This document shows positions 1-10,623 of a DNA stretch of 50,072 nt, in pieces. This DNA is from Clostridia bacterium (GTDB lineage Bacteria > Bacillota > Clostridia > Oscillospirales > CAG-272): contig JAGAPH010000152.1 in assembly GCA_017623375.1 (NCBI GenBank), positions 116,191 through 166,262 of the forward strand. The letters are read 5' to 3'. The notes beneath the pieces are model-generated. The model saw nothing but the letters and a program-made list of their open reading frames with translations. It searched no databases and was not told where the DNA came from. Position numbers and translations under genes: made by a program. The first letter of the stretch is position 1. Each line of letters starts with the position of its first letter.

Positions 1-2
1 AT

Positions 3-1574
3 GCTTCTGTAATCTGCAGTGCGGACGGATATAAATGGAGAGATAGCGGTTGGATATCGTATCGGAGATCAAACGCGGAGAAAGCTTATAGCGGGCCAAT
101 GAATGTATATCAAATACATCTTGGAGCGTGGAAACGTCGTGAAAACGGTGAACTCTATACTTATATTGAGCTTGCACGCGAGCTTGCTCCGTACGTCAAG
201 CAGATGGGATATACTCACGTGGAACTTTTGCCGATATTCGAGTATATTGGCGACGGCTCGTGGGGATATCATACAGTCTCGTATTACGCTCCAACGTCTC
301 GTTACGGAACACCGACGGAGTTTATGAGCTTCATTGACTCAATGCACGAGGCTGGAATAGGGGTCATACTTGATTGGACACCTACGATCTTCTCAAACCA
401 AGAAAGCGGTATCAGCCGTTTTGACGGACAGCCTCTGTATGAATACTGCGACGCAGACGATACGGATGATGGTGGTTGGTTAACCAAGCGTTTTGATTTG
501 AGTAAAAATGAAGTTCAATGCTTTATTGCGTCAAATGCTTGCTATTGGTTTGATAGGTATCATGTTGATGGCTTGAGGATCGATTCAGTCACGTCGATTA
601 TATGCGATGGTGGTGAGCAGCATGATAGCTCTTCAGATCCATTGAACTTTTTGAAAGAGCTGAATAATCATGTGAAGGAGACGTATCCAGGTGTTCTTAT
701 GATCGCTGGTGAGGCAATAGGCTTGTCGAATGTTACTTCGTCTGAAAGTCAAGGGCTTGGCTTTGATATGACGTGGAACCGTGGGTGGATGTCGGACATA
801 ATGGCGTACGCCGGTATCGATCCACTGTTCAGAAAATACGATCATGAAAAGACTACCTTTTCTCTGACGTATGCCTTTAACGAAAGATATGTTTTGCCGA
901 TACCGCATGATGAATTGGTTTGCGGTAAACGGTCGTTTATCGATAAAATGCACGGAGATTATTGGCAGAAATTTGCGGGCGTAAGAGCTTTTATGGGGTA
1001 TGCAATGACGCACCCGGGGAAAAAGCTAACGTTTATGGGAACGGAGATCGGTCAATTCAAGGAAGCGTGCTGTGACGAGCAGCTTGAATGGTTTCTTTTG
1101 GACTACGATATGCACGCTAAGCTGCAGAGATATATTTCGGAGCTTAATCAAACGTATCTTACTACTCCCGCACTATGGCAGATAGACGGCTCTTGGGAGG
1201 GATTCCGTTGGATAGAGCCAAACAATCGCGATCAGAGTATTATTTCTTATAGACGAGTAGACAAGTCTAAAAACGAAGTGATAGTACTCATCAATTTTAC
1301 TCCTGTTGCATATGAAGATTACCGTTTGGGAGTTTCCGACGCAGGTCTTTATAAAGAAATATTTAAGTCCGACGACGAGCGCTTCGGAGGTAGCGGTGTT
1401 ATAAACCGAGTTGAGATGAAAAGCGAAAGCAAGCCGTGGAATTATTGCGAAAATTCAATAGTTATGAGAGTACCGCCACTGGCAGTAACGATCCTCAAAT
1501 GTGTCGGAAAGACACCGTCCAAGCGCAAGACAGTTACAACTTCAAGCACTAAAAGAAAAATCATAAAAAAATAA
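3..1574 (+). CDS. glgB: 1,4-alpha-glucan branching enzyme (GH13), 5'-truncated by the window edge
   Basis: The frame is open from nt 3 through the first ATG at 99 (..[30 protein letters not shown]), so the N-terminus lies upstream of the window. Branching-enzyme blocks present: [13 protein letters not shown] (nucleophile Asp), IAGEA (acid/base Glu), [18 protein letters not shown]. It is the first gene of a glgB-C-D-A-P array. Confidence 0.9.
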   Translation, partial: ASVICSADGYKWRDSGWISYRRSNAEKAYSGPMNVYQIHLGAWKRRENGELYTYIELARELAPYVKQMGYTHVELLPIFEYIGDGSWGYHTVSYYAPTSRYGTPTEFMSFIDSMHEAGIGVILDWTPTIFSNQESGISRFDGQPLYEYCDADDTDDGGWLTKRFDLSKNEVQCFIASNACYWFDRYHVDGLRIDSVTSIICDGGEQHDSSSDPLNFLKELNNHVKETYPGVLMIAGEAIGLSNVTSSESQGLGFDMTWNRGWMSDIMAYAGIDPLFRKYDHEKTTFSLTYAFNERYVLPIPHDELVCGKRSFIDKMHGDYWQKFAGVRAFMGYAMTHPGKKLTFMGTEIGQFKEACCDEQLEWFLLDYDMHAKLQRYISELNQTYLTTPALWQIDGSWEGFRWIEPNNRDQSIISYRRVDKSKNEVIVLINFTPVAYEDYRLGVSDAGLYKEIFKSDDERFGGSGVINRVEMKSESKPWNYCENSIVMRVPPLAVTILKCVGKTPSKRKTVTTSSTKRKIIKK

Positions 1575-1591
1575 AACAAGCGGAGGATATT

Positions 1592-2800
1592 ATGTTCAGG
1601 AACAAAGAATGCGTAGCAATGCTATTGGCAGGCGGACAGGGAAGCCGTCTGTATGCCCTCACGGAGAAAAATGCCAAGCCTGCGGTACCCTTTGGGGGTA
1701 AGTACAGGATCATCGATTTTACGTTGTCAAATTGCGTAAATTCGGGAATCGATACTGTCGGAGTTCTTACTCAGTATCAGCCTTTGATGCTTAATGATTA
1801 TATAGGAAACGGACTACCTTGGGATCTTGACCGTGCTTACGGTGGAGTGAAGATATTGCCGCCTTATCAGGGAAAGAACGGTGCCGATTGGTATAAGGGA
1901 ACGGCAAATGCTATCTATCAGAATCTTCAGTTTATAGATAGATACAATCCCGAGTACGTTCTCATACTTTCGGGTGACCATATATACAAGATGGATTATG
2001 ATAAGATGCTTGACTATCATAAGAAGACAAACGCCGATTGCACTATAGCGGTAATAGACGTTCCGATCGAGGAGGCAAGCCGCTTCGGTATAATGAGCGT
2101 AGATGATGAAGGCAAGATATTCAAGTTCTCCGAGAAGCCAAAGAATCCGGATAGCACCAAGGCATCAATGGGAATATACATATTCTCAAAGGAATGCTTA
2201 GCAAGATATCTTATTGCAGACGCTGAGGACCCCGATAGCTCTAACGACTTCGGAAAGAATATAATTCCTAACATGCTGGCTGCGGGTGAAAAGCTTGTAG
2301 CGTATCCCTTCTCAGGCTATTGGAAGGACGTTGGAACTATATCCTCTCTTTGGGAAGCAAACATGGATCTTCTGGGTGATAATCCCGTTCTCAATCTTGA
2401 CGATGAGGAATGGAGGATCTATTCAAGACACGAGGCCCACGCACCTCAGTTCGTAGGAAACGGAGCGGTTATTGATAATAGCTCGCTTACTGAGGGCTGT
2501 GAGATATACGGAACCGTACGCAACTCGATCATCGGTGCTGGCGTTAAGGTGATGAGCGGAGCGTGTGTGTGCGATTCGGTAATTCTTGAAGACGTCGTTG
2601 TTGAGAGCGGCGCACAAGTAAATTATTCTATAATCGATAGCGGAACTACCGTAGGCAAGGATTGTAAGATCGGTGTCTCTAAGGAGAACGCCAAGGAAAT
2701 TTGTGTCGTAGGTGCGGACATTAACGTACCTGACGGTACTGTAATAGACGAGGGAGCAATGATCTCTAAGGCTTCCGATTTAGTAAAGGAGGGCAGATAA
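1592..2800 (+). CDS. glgC: glucose-1-phosphate adenylyltransferase, catalytic subunit
   Basis: GGAGG lies 7 nt upstream of the ATG. Motifs: LAGGQGSRL nucleotide loop, FSEKPK, and a C-terminal hexapeptide-repeat region. The gap after glgB is 17 nt. Confidence 0.93.
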   Translation: MFRNKECVAMLLAGGQGSRLYALTEKNAKPAVPFGGKYRIIDFTLSNCVNSGIDTVGVLTQYQPLMLNDYIGNGLPWDLDRAYGGVKILPPYQGKNGADWYKGTANAIYQNLQFIDRYNPEYVLILSGDHIYKMDYDKMLDYHKKTNADCTIAVIDVPIEEASRFGIMSVDDEGKIFKFSEKPKNPDSTKASMGIYIFSKECLARYLIADAEDPDSSNDFGKNIIPNMLAAGEKLVAYPFSGYWKDVGTISSLWEANMDLLGDNPVLNLDDEEWRIYSRHEAHAPQFVGNGAVIDNSSLTEGCEIYGTVRNSIIGAGVKVMSGACVCDSVILEDVVVESGAQVNYSIIDSGTTVGKDCKIGVSKENAKEICVVGADINVPDGTVIDEGAMISKASDLVKEGR

Positions 2801-2801
2801 T

Positions 2802-3932
2802 ATGTCAGTAGCAGGACTTATATTTTCTAACATTCATGATTCAGCGGTTCCCGAATTTACAACGGTAAGGACGATGGCGTCTGTGCCCTTTGGTTGCCGT
2901 TACCGTCTTATAGACTTTCCTCTTTCCAATATGGTAAACTCAGGAATAACTAAGATCGGTATTATTACTCATAACAATTATCAGTCTCTTATGGACCATA
3001 TCGGTACGGGTAAGGACTGGGATCTGGCGAGACGCTCTGGCGGTATTAAGGTCCTGCCTCCGTTCATAACGGCTTACGAGGGCGCTACGGGCTCTAAGCT
3101 TTATACCACGCGTCTTGAAGCTCTTATGGGTGTTATGAACTTTATTTCCCGTTGTAACGAGGATTATTTGGTGCTTTCTGATTGTGATGGCATCTGTAAT
3201 ATCGATCTGTCTGAGGTTATTGATTTCCATATTGAAAAGAACGCAGACCTTACGGTGGTTACAAGACGACTTTCCGCGGATGAGGCTGACATAAAGGATG
3301 CTACCGCTATCAGTGCCGAGGAGGACGGAGCAGTTAAGGATGCCTCCGCATATCTCAGAGGCGTTTCGGGCAATGAGGTCAGCACAAATATAGTTGTGGT
3401 AAGCAGAATGTTCCTGCTTGGCGCACTTCGCGATGCGGCAGCTCACGGATATAAGCATTTTTATAAGGATATAGTTGCACGACGCATTGGAAGAGCGAGA
3501 ATATACCGTTATATGTACGAAAAAACATTCGTTCACATAAATTCTCTTGAGGGATATTTTGCAAGCTCTATGAAGTTGTTGGATCCCACCGTCAGAAACG
3601 GGCTCTTTAACGTGGAAAATATGCCTATCTACACAAAGCTTCGTAATTCTGCTCCTACCAGATACACGTCTTCTGCTAAGGTTACTAACTCTTACGTGGC
3701 GGACGGTTGTGTTATCGAGGGAACCGTAGAAAACTGCATTCTCTTCAGAGGTGTTCGAATAGGTAAGGGAACTGTAGTAAAGAATTGCGTACTGCTTCAG
3801 GATACCTTCACGGGCAATAACGTTTCTCTTAATTGCGTGATCACCGATAAGAACGCAGTTATCTGCGATGGCAGAATGCTTTCTGGACATAGCTCGATGC
3901 CGTTCTTTATCCCTAAGGGGGCAATGGTATAA
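2802..3932 (+). CDS. glgD: glucose-1-phosphate adenylyltransferase, GlgD regulatory subunit
   Basis: GlgC paralog that lacks the GGxGxRL loop. The start is 1 nt after the glgC stop. The position between glgC and glgA is typical of Firmicutes. Confidence 0.88.
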   Translation: MSVAGLIFSNIHDSAVPEFTTVRTMASVPFGCRYRLIDFPLSNMVNSGITKIGIITHNNYQSLMDHIGTGKDWDLARRSGGIKVLPPFITAYEGATGSKLYTTRLEALMGVMNFISRCNEDYLVLSDCDGICNIDLSEVIDFHIEKNADLTVVTRRLSADEADIKDATAISAEEDGAVKDASAYLRGVSGNEVSTNIVVVSRMFLLGALRDAAAHGYKHFYKDIVARRIGRARIYRYMYEKTFVHINSLEGYFASSMKLLDPTVRNGLFNVENMPIYTKLRNSAPTRYTSSAKVTNSYVADGCVIEGTVENCILFRGVRIGKGTVVKNCVLLQDTFTGNNVSLNCVITDKNAVICDGRMLSGHSSMPFFIPKGAMV

Positions 3933-4008
3933 TTTCGAGTGAAAACACGAATTGACAGGGCGCTTTAAGCGCCTCGTCGAGATTAAAGAAAGAGAAAGGT
4001 ATAGATTG

Positions 4009-5445
4009 ATGAAGAAAATATTATTTATCGGTGCGGAAGCGATGCCTTTCGCGGCAACGGGCGGACTTGGTGATGTTCTCGGATCTTTGCCAGCGGCTAT
4101 TGCAGAGGCGGGAGACGGAGAGGTGGATGTTCGTGTGGTAATGCCTCTTTACCGTTCCGTATCTGAGCAGTACAGAAGTATGATGAAGACCGAAGCTGAA
4201 TTTTATGTGCAGCTTGCGTGGAGAAATCAATATTGCGGTGTCAAGAGTCTCGTTAAGGACGGAGTTACCTATTATTTTATAGATAACGAATTTTATTTCA
4301 ACCGTGATGCTCTTTACGGAAGCTTTGATGACGGAGAGCGCTTTGCTTTCTTTTCAAAGGCGGCTCTTGAGATGCTTGAAAAGATCGACTATTTCCCCGA
4401 TATAGTCCATGCACATGATTGGCAGTCTGCGCTCAGCATTATATATCTTAATTGCAAGTATGCACGGCGCCCGGGATATTCGGGAATAAAAACGGTATTT
4501 ACCATTCATAATATCGAATATCAGGGAAAATATGACTTCTCCATTCTCGCAGACGTATTTGAGCTTGATTGGTGGAGAGAGATAGTTGAGTATGACGGTT
4601 GTATCAACCTCATGAAGGGCGCTATCGTATGCGCAGACGAGGTCACTACCGTAAGCCCCAGATATGCTGATGAGATCAAGGGGGCTGAGCATTCACACGG
4701 ACTTAGCATGATCCTGTCGGAGAACGCCTATAAGCTGTGCGGTATTCTTAACGGTATCGATTACGTCTATTATAATCCCGCTAAGGACGAGAGCATAGCG
4801 AAGAAGTTCTCGTGGAGATCTCTTGAAGGAAAGTATGAAAACAAGTCGGCGCTTCAGCGCGAGGTCGGTCTTCCCGAAAATAATAACGTTCCGCTTATAT
4901 CTGTTGTTTCAAGACTTGCGGCTCATAAGGGAATGGATATTATTGCGGAGATGATGTACGCACTTCTTAATGAAAAGGCTTGTCAGCTCGTGATTCTTGG
5001 AAAGGGTGAACCTGCTTACGAAAGATTTTTCTCAGAGCTTGAAGCAAACTATCCCGACAGAGTAAAGGCGCTCATAACCTACGATAGAGATCTGGCAAAG
5101 AGGATCTATGCGGCATCGGATATATTCCTTATGCCCTCCAAGAGCGAGCCTTGCGGACTTTCGCAGATGATCGCATCGAGATACGGCGTTATCCCCGTAA
5201 CAAGAGAAACAGGCGGACTTTACGACTCTATCAAGGGCTATTGGGAGAAGGACGGCAAGATAATGGGTAACGGCTTTACCTTTGCCAACTATAGCTCCGC
5301 AGAGCTTAAGGAGAGAGCTGAGGCTGCGATCGATCTTTGGAACGATGAGAATAAGCGTAAGGCTCTTATCGGAAAGATCATGAGAACAGATTTCTCTTGG
5401 AAGAGCTCGGCAACAAAATATATAGAAATGTATGAAAAAATATAA
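4009..5445 (+). CDS. glgA: glycogen synthase (GT5)
   Basis: ATG 4009 (MKKILFIGAE..) is preceded by AGAGAAAGG. The TTG at 3952 in the ORF track is an upstream extension that crosses a small hairpin. Motifs: ATGGLGDV (variant of KTGGL), SEPCGLSQM, RETGGLYDS. Confidence 0.9.
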   Translation: MKKILFIGAEAMPFAATGGLGDVLGSLPAAIAEAGDGEVDVRVVMPLYRSVSEQYRSMMKTEAEFYVQLAWRNQYCGVKSLVKDGVTYYFIDNEFYFNRDALYGSFDDGERFAFFSKAALEMLEKIDYFPDIVHAHDWQSALSIIYLNCKYARRPGYSGIKTVFTIHNIEYQGKYDFSILADVFELDWWREIVEYDGCINLMKGAIVCADEVTTVSPRYADEIKGAEHSHGLSMILSENAYKLCGILNGIDYVYYNPAKDESIAKKFSWRSLEGKYENKSALQREVGLPENNNVPLISVVSRLAAHKGMDIIAEMMYALLNEKACQLVILGKGEPAYERFFSELEANYPDRVKALITYDRDLAKRIYAASDIFLMPSKSEPCGLSQMIASRYGVIPVTRETGGLYDSIKGYWEKDGKIMGNGFTFANYSSAELKERAEAAIDLWNDENKRKALIGKIMRTDFSWKSSATKYIEMYEKI

Positions 5446-5482
5446 ATATTAATGGCAATTTCGGAAAGGAAACACTACACCA

Positions 5483-7915
5483 ATGGCAAATCAGACACAG
5501 AAAAAACAGGTAAAAGAAAATATTGAGGCAAAGCTATCCAGATACTTCGGCTGCAATCCTAAGGAAGCTACCCGCGACCAGATGTATAAGGCGGTAGCAA
5601 TGACTGTAAAGGACATCCTGACGGAGAAGAGAGGAGACTTCAAGCATGAGGTCAATGAAAAGGGGGCAAAGAGAGTTTACTATATGTGCGTCGAGTTCTT
5701 GCTCGGACGCTCATTGAAAACGTGTATCTGCAACCTAGGAATGACCAAGGAGTATGAGGAGGCTCTCGGACAGTTCGGCTACAATCTTGAGGATATTTAC
5801 GAGTGTGAGCCTGATGCGGGCCTTGGAAACGGCGGACTTGGAAGACTTGCCGCTTGCTTCATGGACTCTCTGTCCTCTCTTGATTATCCCGCAACAGGAT
5901 TTTCTATTTGCTACGAATACGGCTTCTTTAAGCAGATGATCGTTGACGGAATGCAGATAGAGCTTCCCGACATTTGGCTTCCCGGCGGAGAGGTATGGCT
6001 TGTTCCCAGAACCGACAGAATTTTTAAGGTTAAAATGGGCGGTCATGTCAAGGAGGAATGGAAGGACGGACATTGTGAGGTCATTTATGAGAATTGCGAG
6101 GAGATCGAGGCAGTTCCTTATGATATGATGATCTCGGGCTCTGACAGTAAGGCAGTCAGCCAGCTTCGTCTTTGGAAGGCAAGAGATATCAATAGCTTCA
6201 ATATGAAACTGTTTACACAGGGTCAGTACACTAAGGCAGTAGAGGAGAGCACCAACGCAGAAACCATTTCCAAGGTGTTGTATCCTTCCGATAACCATAT
6301 CGAGGGTAAGCTACTGAGACTTTCTCAGCAGTATTTTCTCGTATCCGCATCTTGTCAGAGCATTATCCGCGACCATATGGCAGTTTACGGCACGCTGGAT
6401 AATCTCCCCGATAAGGTTGCTATCCACATCAACGATACTCACCCCGCTCTTTGCATTCCCGAGCTGATGAGAATACTCATTGATGAGTATTTCTACTCAT
6501 GGGACAGAGCATGGGATATGGTAGTAAAGATTTGTTCTTATACAAACCATACGGTTATGCCCGAGGCGCTTGAAACATGGAATGAGGATCTCTTCCGTCT
6601 CAAGCTTCCCAGAATTTATAGCATAATTCAAGAGATCAACGAAAGATTCTGCCGTGAGGCTTGGAAGTCTTTCCCCGGAAACTGGAACAGGATCTCCAAG
6701 ATGAGTATAGTAAGCTACGGACAGGTACGCATGGCAAACCTTTGCGCAGTAGGCTGCCATTCCGTCAACGGTGTATCTAAGCTTCACTCCGACATTCTTA
6801 CAAAGTCCATATTCAAGGACTTCTACGCAATGTACCCCAATCGCTTCTGTAACGTTACAAACGGTATAGCGCACCGTCGTTGGTTGTGCTACTCCAACCC
6901 CAAGCTTGCGGAGCTTCTTGATAACACCATCGGTAAGGGATACAGACACAATCCCGAGGAGCTTGCTGAGTTTGCTAAGTTTGTGAACGATCCCACAGTG
7001 CTTTCCGAAATGAGAGCGATCAAGCATAATAATAAGATCGCATTTTCTAATCATATCTATAAGCAGACGGGAAGAGCTATCGATACTCACTCCTTCTACG
7101 ATGTTCATATCAAGAGATTGCACGAGTATAAGAGACAGCTTTTGAACGTTCTTAATATTATCGGACTTTATCTTGATATCAAGGATAATCCTCAGAAGGA
7201 ATTCCAGCCTCAGACGTTCCTGTTTGCTGCAAAGGCGGCGCCCGGATATTATATGGCTAAGAATATTATCAAGCTTATCTGCTGCCTTGGCAAGGAGATC
7301 GAGAACGATCCCGTTGTAAGAGAAAAGCTTGCCGTAGTATTCCTTGAAAATTACAACGTAAGCATGGCAGAGGCACTTGTTCCCGCCGCAGAGCTCTCCG
7401 AGCAGATATCTCTTGCGGGTAAGGAAGCAAGCGGTACGGGCTGCATGAAGCTTATGATAAACGGTGCTATGACTATCGGTACTCTTGACGGAGCAAATGT
7501 TGAGATGCTTAGCGCTGTTGGCGACGATAATATGTATATCTTCGGACTTACCAGCGCTGAGGTGGACGAATTGTGGCTCAAGGGCTATAATTGCGCTGAG
7601 TTCTATACAAATAACGAAAAGCTTCGCAGGATCATCAATGCGCTTCATATTGGATTTGCAGGCGAATCCTTCTCTGAGATCGCAAATTATTTGCTTATGG
7701 GTCAGGGAATTGCCGATCCTTATATGTGCCTTGCGGACTTTGAATCTTACCGCACAACGCATGAGAGAGCGATCAACGATTATCAGGATAAGGATAAGTG
7801 GAATCGTATGTCTCTTCTCAACGTTGCGGCTTGCGGATACTTTGCGGCAGACCGTTCCATCAATGAGTATGCGGCTAATATCTGGAATATAAAAAGACTT
7901 ACAGATAAGAAATAA
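5483..7915 (+). CDS. glgP: glycogen/maltodextrin phosphorylase (GT35)
   Basis: 810 aa. Motifs: LGNGGLGRLAACF, NDTHPAL, and the EASGTGCMK pyridoxal-phosphate lysine block. Confidence 0.93.
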   Translation: MANQTQKKQVKENIEAKLSRYFGCNPKEATRDQMYKAVAMTVKDILTEKRGDFKHEVNEKGAKRVYYMCVEFLLGRSLKTCICNLGMTKEYEEALGQFGYNLEDIYECEPDAGLGNGGLGRLAACFMDSLSSLDYPATGFSICYEYGFFKQMIVDGMQIELPDIWLPGGEVWLVPRTDRIFKVKMGGHVKEEWKDGHCEVIYENCEEIEAVPYDMMISGSDSKAVSQLRLWKARDINSFNMKLFTQGQYTKAVEESTNAETISKVLYPSDNHIEGKLLRLSQQYFLVSASCQSIIRDHMAVYGTLDNLPDKVAIHINDTHPALCIPELMRILIDEYFYSWDRAWDMVVKICSYTNHTVMPEALETWNEDLFRLKLPRIYSIIQEINERFCREAWKSFPGNWNRISKMSIVSYGQVRMANLCAVGCHSVNGVSKLHSDILTKSIFKDFYAMYPNRFCNVTNGIAHRRWLCYSNPKLAELLDNTIGKGYRHNPEELAEFAKFVNDPTVLSEMRAIKHNNKIAFSNHIYKQTGRAIDTHSFYDVHIKRLHEYKRQLLNVLNIIGLYLDIKDNPQKEFQPQTFLFAAKAAPGYYMAKNIIKLICCLGKEIENDPVVREKLAVVFLENYNVSMAEALVPAAELSEQISLAGKEASGTGCMKLMINGAMTIGTLDGANVEMLSAVGDDNMYIFGLTSAEVDELWLKGYNCAEFYTNNEKLRRIINALHIGFAGESFSEIANYLLMGQGIADPYMCLADFESYRTTHERAINDYQDKDKWNRMSLLNVAACGYFAADRSINEYAANIWNIKRLTDKK

Positions 7916-7927
7916 GGATATATCCCT

Positions 7928-9823
7928 ATGCTTATAAAACTTTCTTCATCGGTTGACAGTATGCCGATCATAAAGAAATCAATAAAAGGAAAGGACGCCT
8001 CGGACAGAGGCGCCTTTCCTTGCGGAACGGATATTGATTTTACCGTCGAAATGCCCAGAGCGCTGGGCGCTTCGGCGGTCGTTCTGCGTATTGCCAAGGA
8101 CGGTGAAAGAGACAGAGATATCGCACTTGATTTTGTGAATACAGAGGCAGGAAAAGACGTTTATGCAACGAAAATAAGCACGTCGCAGCTTTGCGGAGCA
8201 GATGAGCATGGCTTGTTTTACTACGAATTTTTATTTTTGCGGGGAGAGGACACGCTATTTACCGACACTCGCAATTTCGTGGATTACACGCTGGAGAGAA
8301 GATCGGGTAGACGTTTTTTGTTGCTTGTTTACCGCCAAGATTACAAAACGCCCGAATGGTTCAAGGGCAGAACCATGTATCATATTTTCGTTGATCGCTT
8401 TTGCCGTGGGCAGGGAGACGTAGAAAAGAGAGAGGACGCCATAATAAACGACGATTGGGATAACGGAATGATGCAGTATCCCGAGAAAAATGGCGACCGA
8501 CTTGCAAACAATATGTTTTTCGGTGGGAACCTTTGGGGCGTTGCTGAAAAGCTTGACTATCTCAAATCGCTTGGAGTCGGTGTTATATACTTGAGTCCTA
8601 TATTTAAGGCGTATTCAAATCACAAGTACGACACAGGCAACTATCTTGAGATAGACGGTATGTTTGGCGGTGAGGCGGCGTTTAAAAATCTTATTGAAAA
8701 AGCTGCCGAGATGGACATAAAAATAATTCTTGACGGCGTTTTCAATCATACGGGTGATGATAGCCTGTATTTTGACAAATATGGAAAATACGGAAAGACG
8801 GGAGCTTATTCAGACCCTAAGTCTCCGTATAAAAATTGGTACAGATTCCGCAAATATCCCGATTCATACGAGGATTGGTGGGGGATAGATATTCTGCCTA
8901 AGCTTAATCATACCGTTGACGAATGTCGCAGATTTTTCACAGGTAAGGGCGGAGTGTGCGAAAAATACGTAAAAATGGGTATCGGCGGCTGGAGGCTTGA
9001 CGTTGCAGACGAGTTGTCAAATGATTTCCTTGACGAGCTTAGACAGACGGTAAAAAAGGCGTCGTCACAAGACGCCATAATTATCGGCGAGGTTTGGGAG
9101 AACGCGGCGGAAAAGATAGCTTATTCTCACAGACGCAGATACTTCAGAGGCGCTCAGCTTGATAGTGTAATGAATTATCCTTTGCGCAATGGAATACTTG
9201 CGTTTCTTATTCACAAGGATGGCGAGATGCTTGCCGATGTTTTAAAGTCCATATACGCCTCATATCCTAAATGTGTCTGCGATAGCCTTATGAATTTGCT
9301 CGGTACACACGATACAGAGCGGATACTTACAGTTCTCGGAGATATGGAAAAGGATACATCTGATATTCCAAACAGTGAGCTTGCAGTGAAGCGACTTGAC
9401 ACGGCTTCAAGGAAAAACGGAATTGCTTTGCAGAAATTAGCCGCTACGATCCAATATACGGTCTACGGTGTGCCTTCTGTCTTCTACGGTGACGAGGCAG
9501 GACTTGAGGGATATCACGATCCATTCTGCCGCAAGACTTTTCCTTGGGGAAGAGAATGTATGGAACTTGTTGATCACTATAGAACGTTGGGAAAAATAAG
9601 ACAAGAGGAAAGTGTGTTTACCGACGGAGAATTTCGTGTGGAATATGCTTGTGGAGGAGTTATAGCTTATAGCAGGTACGGTGATGGAACAAATGTGACC
9701 GTTGTTGTAAATGCTACCGAGAAATCCATACGTTACGATGTAAAAAATAAGACGGTCGATCTGCTGACGGGAAATGAATACACGGGGACGGTTTGTCCTT
9801 GCTCAGTAGTGGTGCTGAAATAA
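7928..9823 (+). CDS. GH13 alpha-glucan hydrolase (neopullulanase / cyclomaltodextrinase-like, possible debranching role)
   Basis: The four GH13 regions are present: DGVFNHTG, GWRLDVADE, GEVWE, LLGTHD. It has an N-terminal domain of about 130 aa. AAGGA lies 9 nt before the ATG, and the gap after glgP is 12 nt. Confidence 0.85.
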   Translation: MLIKLSSSVDSMPIIKKSIKGKDASDRGAFPCGTDIDFTVEMPRALGASAVVLRIAKDGERDRDIALDFVNTEAGKDVYATKISTSQLCGADEHGLFYYEFLFLRGEDTLFTDTRNFVDYTLERRSGRRFLLLVYRQDYKTPEWFKGRTMYHIFVDRFCRGQGDVEKREDAIINDDWDNGMMQYPEKNGDRLANNMFFGGNLWGVAEKLDYLKSLGVGVIYLSPIFKAYSNHKYDTGNYLEIDGMFGGEAAFKNLIEKAAEMDIKIILDGVFNHTGDDSLYFDKYGKYGKTGAYSDPKSPYKNWYRFRKYPDSYEDWWGIDILPKLNHTVDECRRFFTGKGGVCEKYVKMGIGGWRLDVADELSNDFLDELRQTVKKASSQDAIIIGEVWENAAEKIAYSHRRRYFRGAQLDSVMNYPLRNGILAFLIHKDGEMLADVLKSIYASYPKCVCDSLMNLLGTHDTERILTVLGDMEKDTSDIPNSELAVKRLDTASRKNGIALQKLAATIQYTVYGVPSVFYGDEAGLEGYHDPFCRKTFPWGRECMELVDHYRTLGKIRQEESVFTDGEFRVEYACGGVIAYSRYGDGTNVTVVVNATEKSIRYDVKNKTVDLLTGNEYTGTVCPCSVVVLK

Positions 9824-9833
9824 GGAGCTTTTT

Positions 9834-10169
9834 ATGGGACTTTTTAAAAGACTCACCAAAAGTAAAAATCCCGACAGTAAAAAATTTCGCAGGGAAATGG
9901 CATATGCTGTCAGCGGGCAACATATAAAGTACGTTACAGAGAAAAGAGATGGGGTAGACGAGGTCATAGGACGAAACGGCGGACTCAACATCAGAAACGA
10001 TGAGTTTATCGTTTACGCTTCCGCGGATGTGGTATTCAGATGCCCTGTAGATGAGCTTCAGATATGGGAGCTTCTCTCAAGGGACGGAGTGGTGCTTACG
10101 GGTCCCGATCTTGAGCACGGCGGAATAGAAAGAACGGTGATTGCGTATTATGTCTATTACAGAAAGTAA
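9834..10169 (+). CDS. hypothetical small soluble protein (111 aa)
   Basis: AAGGAG lies 7 nt upstream. The gap after the GH13 gene is 10 nt, and the 3' end overlaps tadA by 20 nt. I recognise no motif. Confidence 0.6.
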   Translation: MGLFKRLTKSKNPDSKKFRREMAYAVSGQHIKYVTEKRDGVDEVIGRNGGLNIRNDEFIVYASADVVFRCPVDELQIWELLSRDGVVLTGPDLEHGGIERTVIAYYVYYRK

Positions 10170-10623
10170 TATCTCCGTGGACGAGCGGTATATGAAAGAG
10201 GCACTTGTTCTCGCCGAAACGGCATATGCCGCAGGGGAGATCCCTGTTGGTGCTATTGTGGTAAAAAACGGAGAGATCATCGGAAGAGGATACAATCTCA
10301 GAGAAAAAAATAAAAGTGCCGTTTCTCATGCGGAAATAATCGCCATAGAAGAGGCTTGCAAAAGACTTGGAGGTTGGAGATTGTCCGATTGTACGTTGTA
10401 CGTCACGCTTGAGCCGTGTCCCATGTGTGCGGGGGCTATCGTCAATTCTCGCATAAAAAGAGTAGTTTTTGGTTGCAAGGATAGCGTTGCAGGGTGTTGC
10501 GGGAGCATTATTAACTTGAACTGTTATCCATTTAACCATGCTTTCGTGATATCTGACGGAGTGTGTGAGGACGAGTGTAAAAGCTTACTTAAAAAATTTT
10601 TTGAGCAAAGAAGAAGGAAGTGA
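10150..10623 (+). CDS. tadA: tRNA-specific adenosine deaminase
   Basis: Zinc-deaminase motifs HAE and PCPMCAGA are present. The N-terminus ..ERYMKEALVLAE resembles Bacillus TadA. ATG 10150 is preferred over the TTG at 10141. Confidence 0.9.
   Translation: MSITESNISVDERYMKEALVLAETAYAAGEIPVGAIVVKNGEIIGRGYNLREKNKSAVSHAEIIAIEEACKRLGGWRLSDCTLYVTLEPCPMCAGAIVNSRIKRVVFGCKDSVAGCCGSIINLNCYPFNHAFVISDGVCEDECKSLLKKFFEQRRRK

Noticed and set aside
3952-4008. The TTG start in the ORF track, giving GlgA a 19-aa N-terminal extension.
   Set aside because: The extension covers a hairpin (GGCGC-TTTAA-GCGCC) and the RBS AGAGAAAGG for ATG 4009. GlgA proteins normally begin a few residues before the (K/A)TGGL motif.
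6497-7762. A 421-aa antisense ORF inside glgP. Similar ones occur at 2940-3890 (glgD), 5735-6298 (glgP), 11823-12716 (transketolase), 32469-33305 (msmX) and 38643-39467 (5S subunit).
   Set aside because: Same explanation. For 6497-7762 I checked that the ORF is codon-aligned with glgP (5483 and 6497 are both mod 3 = 2); I infer the same for the others. None has an RBS or a recognisable domain. They are useful only as a marker of core-type codon usage, and they are absent from the low-GC cassette.
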